From Asterionella formosa (Eukaryota), in the NCBI GenBank assembly GCA_002256025.1, contig NKIB01013594.1:1-55313 (forward strand): a stretch of DNA of 55,313 bases, read 5' to 3'. Both the position numbers and the translations under genes were made by a program. Shown here in pieces: positions 10,639 through 21,695 of this stretch. Positions within the stretch are counted from its first letter, which is position 1; each line of letters opens with the position of its first letter. The notes beneath the pieces are model-generated. The model saw nothing but the letters and a program-made list of their open reading frames with translations, made no database searches and was not told the DNA's origin.

Positions 10639-11990
10639 GCAACAACAACAACCACAGCAGGAGGAGGTCCATAGTAGAGACGAGGGAATGGCGGCTGCTG
10701 GTCACTGCGGTGATTGGTGTCATCAAATCTTGCAATTAGAGCATGCCTTGTTGTGGAACAGGCAAATCACTTGATCACTTGTACAAACGCATTTCAGTTC
10801 TGCCACTAACATTTGTTCTTATGTTTTGTTTTGTTCTGTTCCTTCAATGTAATTACTTTTTCTCGACGTGTGCGGTATTCCTTGTTGCCTTTTTGTTTCT
10901 TTTGACCTAATGAAAATTTTCGAAATTCGCTTCGGTTCCAGTGTAGTAGCAGCAAGAATTTTTTTTCAAAGGGCAAATGTTTGTGCAGAGGCCAGTACTC
11001 CTGGTGTTATCCTTTCTTATGTCCTTCTATCTGGTGGGCATCTGTTGTCTCCTTTTTCTTTCTAGCTTGTGCCTCCTGCTCAATTCCATTTTTCACGTCC
11101 TCACGTTTGCAAAACTCGTTAATTCTTCCAACAATTTTTCCAGCAAAGCCAGTGCGGAGGTTTAACTCATCCGGGAGAAGAGCAGCAGAAGTCTCTGAGG
11201 GCGCATTGATTACTATGTTCTGTTGCCGTTGAGTCAATTAAATCTTGTAGGTACATTTATTGTTTATTTCACTCACATAATCATCTGTAGCTTCAGTCAA
11301 TGCATTTTGCATCTGGAATTCGCTGCTCATTGAGGCAGCAATGGTGGCACCTTTGAGCCATCCACCAACAGTTGTTATCGTCCTGTTTGTAATTGTTTTG
11401 TTGTTATTTGTCTCCTAACTTTCCGAGGTAAGTGCGCGATTTCCTCCCGCCGTTTCATATGGCGAAGTGCCTTCTGTTAGTAGCTGACTATCATAACGTT
11501 CACTCATGCTTTCATTGTTATCATCCAATTTCTCCTCAACAACATGTGAATTATGAATGAGGTTGCTGGGAAATAGCACGGCAACGCTGCCATCAGCACT
11601 CAAAAGAAGTAGTTGTGAAGGTTCATACTGGTCAGGTGTCAAGATAGACATAGTTGCTGTTGATGGCTGCATTACTAGGAAAGGAGAAGAATACTTAGTA
11701 GTAACTTCTAGTTTATCACTTTGCTTTAATTCATTTTTCACTTGATTGACAGATATCCAAGGGAAAATTCATTGCTTCGCTTTTCCTATGCCTGGAATGG
11801 CACCGTGAGGCTTTTTTCACCAGTGTTAGCCTTCTTAGCTTCAAGCTCCATAATCACATTTTTAAGACAAATCTGAATGCATCAAGTTCTTCAGAAGGCA
11901 ATTTCTGTCGAAACAAGGCTTTACCTTTTCGAGGTGCTTTTCAGGTCATGATGATTGGTATTCTGATGGGTGATTGGTGATTGTTGTGCT
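9200..11990 (-). pseudogene. Decayed minus-strand gene of unknown family inside the Kolobok-type element
   Basis: Chain of co-directional protein-like ORF fragments (9230-9445, 10268-10483, 11007-11237, 11415-11741) broken by stops and frameshifts; intron-like GTAAGT...CAG near 9730-9657; boundaries approximate. Confidence 0.4.
10601..10660. repeat. (CAG/CAA)n trinucleotide tract
   Basis: Directly visible; ~20 triplets. Confidence 0.9.
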
Positions 11991-12424
11991 TTCATTAAAT
12001 TTTGAATTCATAATCCGGATGCGCCAGGACTTTCTAATTGATGTTTTCGATCAGTGTTTCGATCAGTGAATTTCATCTCTTTTTTTATGCTGCATGAGAA
12101 AAAGCACATTGACGTCGTAGACATATTAAATAAATGTTTGGGGATAGTACTAAACTAGATTTCTAGCCAAGGAATATTCTCATACCTGAATACGTATATA
12201 AACGGTGATGCTTGCTCAATCTTGAGTAAACATGAACATATCCAATTTTCGCAATTTCGCGTCAAGAACAGCAACCTTTGGGCGATAATACCTAATAAAC
12301 AATGTACATAATGCAACAATGCAAGTATGCAAGTATTTTCTCGCCTTATAAAGATGAACAAGTCATTTTTGACAATAAAGATCATATCTTGCAATCGATG
12401 TTCAAACTGTGTTTACTTCATTTT

Positions 12425-12479
12425 GCGGTGGCTTACATTTCAAAAGTCGCAATAGCGGTGGCTTACAGTTTTTAACTGG
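12425..12479. mobile_element. Orphan transposon terminus of the CCAGT/TA type
   Basis: Ends ...cagtttttaactgg|TA, similar to the MITE end ...cagctttttactgg|TA; gcggtggcttaca repeated at 12425 and 12455 (30-nt spacing, as in the 7261 MITE). Confidence 0.55.
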
Positions 12480-13854
12480 TACCAGTAAATGGTATATAAA
12501 ACTCTCTGACTGCCGCATGAAGGTATCTGGTTGAACAAGCAAGGAGGAATCCTTGAAAGAATTGGGCACATATCCACCATATCGCTCCCCTGAATCGTGG
12601 ATTTGAACTTTTACACTCATGTCATGTCCCAAGCGTGTCATTGTAAGTCACATTTTACACAGGCGAAAATATCCATTCTTTTAATATTGACGATTTAACA
12701 ACTCCCTGCAATGGCGATTTCACACCTGTAAGAGATGACAAAAGAGCTAGTCAGAGGCTGAAGTGATCCCGCATATGTTTTCACCAAAACTGATACTTTG
12801 ATCACAAGTCAATACAGGTTCACTTGTTTTGCGTGATAGGATGACAGCTTAGCCTTTGAGGGACTGCGCAACTTCATGAAAACTTGACTTGGAAAATATA
12901 TTGCCCAGTGAAGGGGAAGGAGTTCCTGTGCCAAAGACCTGAATGAGAAGTATATATTTCTTGTCCATTTTTGTTAGCTGCAAGGAAGGTTATTGTTTGT
13001 ACTAGCTCTTCTGGAGACTGATGCTGGACATGCCCTTCTGTTTGCAGGCAATGATAGGATTGTTTTATACTACAGATTCCTTTATTGAATGAGGGTTTCT
13101 TTGTACATCACTGCTTCGAATATCCATGTCAAAAATATGTGGAGAGATAGGTACTGGTCCAAGTCTTTGGGCAAATACAACAAGTTGTTTTGACCATGTT
13201 GAGTATTTCTATTTTGGTCATGAGCTTAGTGTTATTGGGTCTATGAGAACGTTTTTGCACATACAAATTCTGACTCCAATATTTTTGTAGATGCTGAAAA
13301 AGCCGATCGGGCCGACTTTTTGGAGGAGGATCGCTCTACATCTATGGGGTTTAATGAAGAATAAAATAGATAAATGTGTACCCTGTAACATCAGGATGTA
13401 ACTTTTGGAGAGAAGTGAAAGTTATCCTCCATAGATCTATTAAAGCTTTGTAGCCCCTCTTTTGGGGATACTTACGATTCCTATGGGGATAACTGCCACT
13501 TGTCTCCAGAAATGAGGTACTTACCATATCTGTTTATAGATCAAACCCTTTAAGTCAAGCAATGCCTGTATCTAAGCATATGCAAAGTGGACATACTATT
13601 GGTGAATGGTAATTTTTCTTTTACCATTTTATTTAGTTGTACGTACTGTGTAGATTGAAGTACATCATAAAATGATTTTGAAAAATTAAATTCCTCCTAA
13701 TTGTGTAACTATAGAACCACAACCTTGAATGCAGTATGTGGTACTCCCTCTATGCAAAATTAAGCACATCATTTCTACCTTTTCTTCTCCAGGTCCATTT
13801 TGACACCTAAAACCAAGGAAGCAATGGTGAAAATCAGTAGAAAAACAAAGCAAT

Positions 13855-14063
13855 GACAGACAAATTACTCTTTACTTGATCACAAATTATCTTCAGGACA
13901 TGGGTTATTGGCTGGAGTGCTTGCATCGACATACAAATTACTCTATATTTGATCACAAATTTTCTTCTGGACATTAGTTATTCGAGTGCTTGCATGGACA
14001 GACAAATTACTCTTTTTTGATCACAAATTATCTTCAGGACAAAAGTTATTGGAGTGCTTGCAT
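13855..14063. repeat. Tandem repeat, 3 copies of a ~70-bp unit
   Basis: gaca(g/t)acaaattactct...gatcacaaatt...gagtgcttgcat units start at 13855, 13928 and 13997. Confidence 0.9.
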
Positions 14064-14384
14064 GACAAGCAAGGAGTATACCACCATAAGCTGCACTTAT
14101 ACCAACGATAATAGGACTCATTGATTAGAAGAAGGAGCCGTAACAAAAGTAATAAAACTGAAATCAATAAGAGAAACATTGCCGGTATACGATGGTTCCT
14201 AAATCTGACATTGATATTCCTTTTTTCATCTTGACAAATTTTTCCTCCTCTGTTTGAAGTACTGGAATTTTTGCTTTTATGACTTTAGTCATCTCACCAT
14301 AAGCCATATATTTTAATTTAGCATTTCATCCACCTTTTTTTGGTTTCTTTTTATTACATCACAAGCCATTATGTTATCAAAAAT

Positions 14385-15633
14385 TCAATAACCTGCCAGG
14401 ACAAAACCCAGAATGGGAAGGAGCAAAAGTAGTGGTGAGTAGTGCTGATGATAATCTTTGCTTGCAATGGTTGCCGCAGTACTAAACAGGAAAGAATGGC
14501 CTAGAATGATCCAAGAATAATGCATTACTTCAACCTGCTGTACTATGTCTTCTTCCAAATGGATGCTGTCAATACGAAGCAACTCAGTGATCACCTTAAT
14601 CTCTGGAACCCATAATATAGTAGAATTATGTTTCATCAGAGTATTATTAAACATGGAAGCTTGTATTGAATCTTGGTAAAAGTGTTGAGCCTTCGCATAG
14701 TCTTTGTCTATGTCTTGTCCAGTACCAAGTTCAATGCCACGTTCATATATGATCCCTAACTCAAGGGAGGCTTCTGCAATAAGAAGCCCTGTCCCTGCAT
14801 CATGCAGAAATCCAATTCCCTTTAAAATATCCTTCTTAATGCCTCCAGTACCGTATATAAGAGCATGTCCATACAGATATTTGCAAAATGGAATCTTGCA
14901 TCCCAAGGCACCAATTTTGAGGTACCAGACAGCTTCACGTTCACCTCTCATGAATATTGGGGGGTCATCGTGATCAGGCCTGTCAGAGGGAAGGTCTTTT
15001 CTCATCAAATGTGCTTTTAGTTGTGGCATAATGGGTCATGGCAATTGACCAAAAAAATAATGTGTCACAATGGATTCTTCGGTTCTATCATTTTCCTCTA
15101 TACCTGTATTTAATATTGTCAAACAAGTTAATGAAAAGGTTTCTGGATTAGTATATTTCGCAACAAATGAAGTTGTGTACAGAGTCCATGTAATGTAGTT
15201 GTAGTTATTTCACTGCAACATGGAACAGATGCGTAATTTGCAAACAACATCATTTTATTGTATGCATAATGGCTCCAACCCTTGCACTTGCATTCTGTGA
15301 ATGGCCAACAGACTCTGTCATACAACCTAACTTTTGGCAACCCATCATTGTCAGTTTCATAAACTCCATTCACCATAGGAGCAATCATATATTTAAGAAG
15401 ATTGTTAGTTGGAAAAACATCAAAAAGTAGTGGGTCATCAGTCACATTATTACTATCAGCCCTATAAGTAGCATCATTTGCATCCCCATCTTCAGCTGCA
15501 GCCATATTTGCAGCATTACTATCTGCAACCATTTTGTCAGGTGCATTTACAGCAATTGCAAAAATTCGTCAGGCGCATTTACAGCCATTTCTTCAGGCAC
15601 ATTTACAGCATTTACAGCCATACCATCAGCCAT
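14385..15633 (-). pseudogene. Frameshifted Sel1-like repeat protein gene
   Basis: 14385-15029 encodes YLYGHALIYGTGGIKKDILKGIGFL and ELGIIYERG...KDYAKAQHFY (SLR pattern). Upstream fragments 15128-15532 and an AVNAP-repeat leader from ATG 15633 are out of frame. Confidence 0.55.
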
Positions 15634-16332
15634 TATTGCCCCAATGCTTTCTCCTTCTTTTGCTTCTTCAATAACAGATAATAAGAAATAATATATGAAC
15701 GTGTAACAATATTATGAAATATATATAATTAGGTCCAAGGCCATTGCTAACAGTGGACCAAAACGCCAACCAAACAGTGTTTTGGTTTCAGCAACCCTAA
15801 AAAACAATGCTATTGGGAGTGAAAAACCCAATGCAAACGCATTACGTTTGGGGGATTCTGTGCCCATATTCCAATAAGTTACCCAAACGCATTACGTTTG
15901 GTTTTATTTTGGTTTCCATATTGACTACTTTGAATGTAGTCACTAGAAACCCAATTATTATCGTCGTAGAATCACTACATATATAGAATACGACGAACAG
16001 TGTTTGATGCCAAACAAATATAGTGTAAGTTTTTGTCAATTGAATTGCTCGTTCGTTCGTTCCTTTCGACTCCTCTGCTTCTCTCACCATGGGAAGGGAA
16101 AACTGCACTTCCAATTCCAATCACTTGCTCACACCAGCCACATCTTCCATTGTTGTTCCATGTCTTTGCGTTGCCCCATCATTCGGTAATCCTAAACCCG
16201 TAATACCTTGAACTATAAAGTTTCATGATATATCTATAGTGTAAAGAAAAGTGTTGTTGGGATAACATTGGGCCAGAAAGTGGTGAAGTCCTGTTTCTTT
16301 GGGACAGGGATACTAACAATATAAATTATTCT

Positions 16333-19300
16333 TTAATCCCAACGATCCCATCCAGTTGTTGAATGGCTCGGAAGCAATACTTTCGTAACTCCAGGTGGAA
16401 CCTTCCCGGAACCGGCTAGAGTCTGAAGCCAAAGCCCGATCGTGGCCAAAGCGTCACACGCCATGTTTCGAATTTCAGGCCTTGAAACAGTATTGTGGGC
16501 AAGGTGAACCAATGTTGCCACAACGTTTCGAGTATTGGTGAGCGGGACAACTGCACCTGGCTCCGTCGACAAGTTGTAAAGGCCTGCAACGGCAGCAACT
16601 TGCTCATCGAAGTCCTTTCGCATTGCACAAATACTGAGTAGCGTAAGGACTCGGGAATTTGCAAGAAGGACTTTGCTGGCGGAATCCGATGCCACGTTTT
16701 GTATCGTCCTAAGCGCCCATATTCTATCTTCGAGCTTCTTTGACTTGCCGCACTTCAAAATGGTATTGACAAGAGCATCATTTCGGGCCATATCAGCAGT
16801 ATTGGAAGGGAAACGAGAAAAATTGCAGAGAATTTCGATGCATTTTGTGTGAATCGGATTTTCGAATTCTTTGGAAACCTTCACAACGCTGTCCAGAAGG
16901 GTATCATTATCGGCCAGCTCATTGGAGATGGAGCAATGCTTGGATAAGTGACTCAACGCAGCACAAGCATTTGTGCGGGCATGCTCGAGGAACTCTTCAG
17001 ATTTGTCCTTCTTCTGCCTTCTAATCGACTTGCCCAACTTCTTCTTTCTGATTGGGGATGGTTGGACCGACGAGACAGCAGACGAAAGTCCTAATGACGC
17101 ATCGTCATGAACCGATTCCGAATCCGCAGAGTTCGACCCAAAAGATCCTTTCGCTGAAGCTGCAACCGATTCCTGAACTGACCCTTGGACTGAATCAGAT
17201 GAAAAAGATGATGACCCGAATCCATCAGTATCCTCCGCGTCAGAATCATCATCGTCCCCTTTCTCCTGTTCATTGGCATATGATGGTCTGTCGTCATCAA
17301 TTGTACCAACTAGAACCTTGGCAAGAACAGTAACAAGGTCGTCAATATTGATCATAAGCTGCCGATTCAGCGGCGTTTTTGCTAGCATTCCTAGTGCCCC
17401 ACAAGCGTGGACCCGGGCTTCCCCTTGATCTTCTTTAATGACTTTAACGAGTGCATCAGCAACACCAGGATGAGTGAAAACCATGATGCGATTATCCTTT
17501 GGTTCCGAAACATTTAGCAAAGATGTCACCGCTCGACCTCGAGCGTCACGAGCAATTTCTTCTTCTTGGTCCTGAGGAATGTCAGTGCTGATTGCAAAGG
17601 CGAGAGCATCTAAGAATCCTCGTGTTCTAACCAATGTCATTTGATTCTTCTTCTTCATCGAAAGGACTTTCATGGCACCACAAGCGTTGCTTCGTCGTGC
17701 CAACGACGACCCATGAATAGCACATAACAACTTCTCAAGCTCGGGTTTGGGTTTTATCCAATGCTTGAATTCATCAGGGACCTTCAATAGGAAGTCTCGA
17801 CTTATTTCACCAGTAGAACGAGGCCTTGGAATAGGAGGGGGCAAAGGATATGGGTGCCTGAACTCAATTTCAGCATTTTCACTGACGTAACGACGAGCTT
17901 CAAGTTCCTCAAAGGACCCATTGTCGCTTGATTGAATAGATATGGGGCTGCTAGCTCGGGATGGGCTATTTTCTTTCTTCGATTCTGTTGTCTCACATCT
18001 CACAATTTGAGGGGATGGGAAACGCTGAGACGCTTGTTTGGTTGTCATGGATGGAATGGAATTGGATCTAGCCACTTCTTCATCAATGTTTTCATCAGCT
18101 GACTCACAATTGGAAATGTTGCAAGGCGTTTCAGTCACAATGGCAGCTTGAGCTTTTGTGTCGTCAGCGGGCTCCACTGATTCGACCTCTTTTGGCGGCG
18201 AGGTCCACCAGAGTTCCTTCTTACTTTGTTTGAGGGGTATTTCAAATCCGGCCTCAGCTTTCATGCTTTCTTGCTGTTGACCTTCAGTCTGGGGACTCTC
18301 TGTTGAGACTTTGACAGCAGGAATCGAAGCCTGCATTATCTGAGGTAACGCTTCTTCCTTTGGTGCTTCTCGAGATGATTGCTTTTCTGTATGCAGATGA
18401 TACTCATCAAATGGCGCCTCATTCGTTATCTGCGTTAACGCTTCTTCCTTTGGTGCTTCTGGAGGTGATTGCTTTTCTGTATTCAGATACTCATCAAATG
18501 GCGTTTCATTTTCTTTAGAGTTCTTACTTGTAACGGTTCTCGGAATGAATGCTGGTACCTGTGGAGATCCCTTGGTTGAGTTTTGACTCTTTGGAGTGTC
18601 TGCGATTGACTCAAGTGGAGATGTCGGGCCTTCATTGTATGAGGCTTCACTCTTTGGAGTGGTCTGGCCTGAAAGAATTGGAGATACGTGACCTGAAACC
18701 TTCGGGGTGCTTGCAGCAGATGAGACAGGAGATATCGTGTCTTCGTGACAAGAAGTTTGACGCTTCGCGGTGTTTGAGGAATTCAAAATCGGAGATGCCT
18801 CATCGTCAGCGAAAAAAAATTGATTCTTAGGAGTTGAGATCGCCTGTAATACCTGGTCTGCCCCAAAGCCTTTTTCAGCTTGTGGAGTGTTAGAGGCGGA
18901 CTCAGTTGGAGATCCCGTCAGCGCCCTAGACTTGATCTCGCCATTAGAGTCAAAACTACCAGCCTCCACAAGTTCCACCTCCATACCCTGTTCTGGGATC
19001 TCGTCGTCGTCAATAGTCTCATCGGTGTAATCACTATTGTTTAGATCGTCGTCCTCGTCTGTAACAGTCTCTTCTGTGTACTCAGAAGATTCATCGTCCC
19101 CTTCCACGTCATCGGCCTTGTTCACGGAAAGAATGACATCACTCCCAATTCGAGTAAGATAGGATGTATCAAGTACTTCTTCTTCTGTGAATTCCGAACC
19201 AGAATCACATTCAAGAGCACTAGTCTCCTTCTCTCCATCGATCTTTTGGGATGGCTCTTGAGCTGGATTGCTAGATGAAACGTTTTCCGCCAAAGTTGCA

Positions 19301-20310
19301 GCTGCTACAGCAAGAAATTGTGCGCTTTCGTCATTGGTCCGTTCAATCGCATTAGTAATGTCAGAATTAGTCTCCTCTACAACCACATCAGGAACTCTAC
19401 TATGTCGTGGGCTGCCCACGGGCATTGAGAACTCCTGAGTATTACAACTTTGTGTTGATAAGTTTTCGCCGAACGAGGATCCATAAATAATCGATCTTTG
19501 ATCTCCCTCTCGTCCTAGAATTTCGTCCAAGTCCTGTGTGGGTGATCGAGAAAGTGGCTGCTCCGAGAGACTTTCTGAGTGACTTGAAAGTATCCCTCGC
19601 ATGGAAAACGGTGAAATTGGCATCATTACTAATTTTTCAGGGCCGGCCAACTTGGTAGGAGAATCAATTGCATCAGGATTGGTCGCCTTGCCTACCGTCG
19701 CCGACGATGCAACAGCAGACAGTTGCGACGAGAAGGAGTACATTGGAATCATTCCCAATTGTTCTGGGCTAGAATTGGAAGAATGGATATTCAATACATC
19801 GGGAGGCGCGACAGGGGAAGTCTCAGTTGTTTTGGCTGCAGAAATCGCAGATGCACTATTTGTCGACGAAAAGGAGGAAACCGGCATGGTTCCCAATTTC
19901 TCGGGACTACTATTAGTCCCCAGCAGCTTGCTCTTACTGACTCTTTGAGACGTCGCTTTGCGAGCCCGACGAAGAGCACTGCTCACAAGAGCATTGACCT
20001 CATCGCCCGTCATTTCCCGATCGCCGTCTGTTTCCGTCGAAATGCGATAGGAGCGAGACGAGCCAATCGAAGCTATTGACAGTGTCGGTGACGATCGAAA
20101 CCCTGAACTAGCAATGGTGACAGGCGATCTAGCAGAAACTGTAGTTTGAGTGGAAAAAATGGGAGAATGATTTGCTGTGGGGGAACCGCCGGACAAGCCC
20201 TCAGCATCGACTGCACCTCTCGGTATGGCCCTAGGCGAGGGTCGGTATGACAGGTTGCTGATTGTATCATTCGCGTCGTCTCTGTTAGCGTCTCCGAAAT
20301 TGAACGACAT
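16333..20310 (-). CDS. Armadillo-repeat protein with long Ser/acidic disordered N-terminus
   Basis: First ATG at 20310 (MSFNFGD). C-terminal ARM-like repeats (ARSNACGAMKVL, ARVHACGALGML, ARTNACAALSHL, AAVAGLYNLS). Confidence 0.8.
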   Translation of the reverse strand: MSFNFGDANRDDANDTISNLSYRPSPRAIPRGAVDAEGLSGGSPTANHSPIFSTQTTVSARSPVTIASSGFRSSPTLSIASIGSSRSYRISTETDGDREMTGDEVNALVSSALRRARKATSQRVSKSKLLGTNSSPEKLGTMPVSSFSSTNSASAISAAKTTETSPVAPPDVLNIHSSNSSPEQLGMIPMYSFSSQLSAVASSATVGKATNPDAIDSPTKLAGPEKLVMMPISPFSMRGILSSHSESLSEQPLSRSPTQDLDEILGREGDQRSIIYGSSFGENLSTQSCNTQEFSMPVGSPRHSRVPDVVVEETNSDITNAIERTNDESAQFLAVAAATLAENVSSSNPAQEPSQKIDGEKETSALECDSGSEFTEEEVLDTSYLTRIGSDVILSVNKADDVEGDDESSEYTEETVTDEDDDLNNSDYTDETIDDDEIPEQGMEVELVEAGSFDSNGEIKSRALTGSPTESASNTPQAEKGFGADQVLQAISTPKNQFFFADDEASPILNSSNTAKRQTSCHEDTISPVSSAASTPKVSGHVSPILSGQTTPKSEASYNEGPTSPLESIADTPKSQNSTKGSPQVPAFIPRTVTSKNSKENETPFDEYLNTEKQSPPEAPKEEALTQITNEAPFDEYHLHTEKQSSREAPKEEALPQIMQASIPAVKVSTESPQTEGQQQESMKAEAGFEIPLKQSKKELWWTSPPKEVESVEPADDTKAQAAIVTETPCNISNCESADENIDEEVARSNSIPSMTTKQASQRFPSPQIVRCETTESKKENSPSRASSPISIQSSDNGSFEELEARRYVSENAEIEFRHPYPLPPPIPRPRSTGEISRDFLLKVPDEFKHWIKPKPELEKLLCAIHGSSLARRSNACGAMKVLSMKKKNQMTLVRTRGFLDALAFAISTDIPQDQEEEIARDARGRAVTSLLNVSEPKDNRIMVFTHPGVADALVKVIKEDQGEARVHACGALGMLAKTPLNRQLMINIDDLVTVLAKVLVGTIDDDRPSYANEQEKGDDDDSDAEDTDGFGSSSFSSDSVQGSVQESVAASAKGSFGSNSADSESVHDDASLGLSSAVSSVQPSPIRKKKLGKSIRRQKKDKSEEFLEHARTNACAALSHLSKHCSISNELADNDTLLDSVVKVSKEFENPIHTKCIEILCNFSRFPSNTADMARNDALVNTILKCGKSKKLEDRIWALRTIQNVASDSASKVLLANSRVLTLLSICAMRKDFDEQVAAVAGLYNLSTEPGAVVPLTNTRNVVATLVHLAHNTVSRPEIRNMACDALATIGLWLQTLAGSGKVPPGVTKVLLPSHSTTGWDRWD

Positions 20311-21241
20311 GGTCAGAATCTGACATTGTGAGGTAGATGAGAAGGAAGTTAGAGAAAGCAACGGGGGAAAGTTGGGAGTATGTCAGTTGTCAAAGGGAGC
20401 ACGAAACCACGCAAACCGCATCGTGCATCGCACAGATTCTATTTTCTCACTCACGCTTTCGGCCTTTATCTATGCTAATAAGGGCGAAGATGGGGATGAC
20501 TAATGAATACAATGTGATGTTGCCTGATTGTTCCTTCGCGACCACTGGTCGTTCAGATTTCAATTCGCAGTCAAGTACATAGACGTGAAAATATTATGTA
20601 GTTTCGAAAGATACCGGGACATATCTAGGTGGAAGGGTGGTTGGTATATAGATATTGTAGGAGCAACGACGGAAGAAAATTGAAAAGTAGGGCCACCGTT
20701 TTTAACATTTCATTTCACGAGAGTTTGAAATATGCGAGGAAAATGATTCTACCTCGAACACCAATGAATCTTCACGTACGATTAAAGTTTATTCATTTTG
20801 GCGAAATGCTGTATCGTCGCCAGCTCGCTCATGAATTCACTTGTACACAGTACTCATACCAACATACGTTAAAAAGTTGTGCATAATGTAGAACGGAGGA
20901 CAGGCAATGTACATAACGGTTCAAGTTAAAAAAATTGTTATTCTGGACGAGGGAAACAGGGGGGGGTGCGGGCACGAAGAGCGCACGCACCTGACAAAAC
21001 AAAGGGAAGAAACGAACACTCACATAAAACGTGCTCTATTGGCCCTTCCAGGTACCAGGTACTAGGAATTCCTGTAATGATCCCCTTTGTGCGTGAGTGT
21101 TTGAGCCACTTCTCATCTACTGTAGTAAAATGAAGGTCCCTTCATTGTCACCTCCACGTGTTTGCTTCATTTCACGCTCGACTAATTTGATGGTTGCATC
21201 CTCCATGTGTAAGCTACCTAGTACCGCACCAGGTACAAGGG

Positions 21242-21307
21242 GAAGGTCAGGTAACGAGAGATTTAGCTAAGTCTATTCTAAAGTAAAAAGTGTTTTACCG
21301 GACCTTC
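21242..21307. repeat. ~66-bp miniature inverted-repeat element, copy 1
   Basis: gaaggtcaggtaa...gagagatttagctaa...ttaccggaccttc; homologous to 23736-23802 and 34301-34370. Confidence 0.75.
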
Positions 21308-21695
21308 GAGGACCCTGGTACCGCAGTACTACTTCATGGTTAGTTTGCATACGTATTACTACAGATACGTATGTTGCCGGTACTGGGTACCAGGGTACTG
21401 TACCTGGTACAGGGACGTATGTGGCTGATAATTGACGAGCGATACATCACGGAGTAACTTTTTGTCAACCACATTGGCATCGCCGTCTGCCTACCGGTAG
21501 GCTGAGGACGATGGCTGGAAATTGATAAAGAAATGCCGGTATGGCAAAACTCGAATGTGAGGGGTGATGCACACCACTTCACCTTGAGCCGACAATATCG
21601 TATCTCATTTTGCTATCATCAGATAATTTAAGAAGCTGATCGTTTTTCCCTTGTGACCTCCCACATTTTACAAGTATTTATATTTCTGAAAAGAT

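Larger units (their letters stand above)
8184..13724. mobile_element. Long Kolobok-type DNA transposon (decayed, possibly with nested insertion)
   Basis: TTAA|GGTTGCGGCCCC left end; degenerate right end CCACAACC|TTGA. Both terminal regions (~8184-8450, ~13200-13724) are homologous to the two ends of the 33032-34219 element in reverse orientation. Contains a KolX-like ORF. Confidence 0.72.

Noticed and set aside
10502..10774. PolyQ and polyL ORFs
   Set aside because: Reading-frame artefacts of the CAG/CAA tract
13855..14063. CRISPR-like array
   Set aside because: Units are homologous along their whole length with no unique spacers; eukaryotic context with no cas genes
20311..20361. N-terminal ORF extension of the ARM gene (likewise 40293-40337 for the PqiA gene)
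   Set aside because: ORF track uses non-ATG starts; the first ATG gives a more plausible N-terminus
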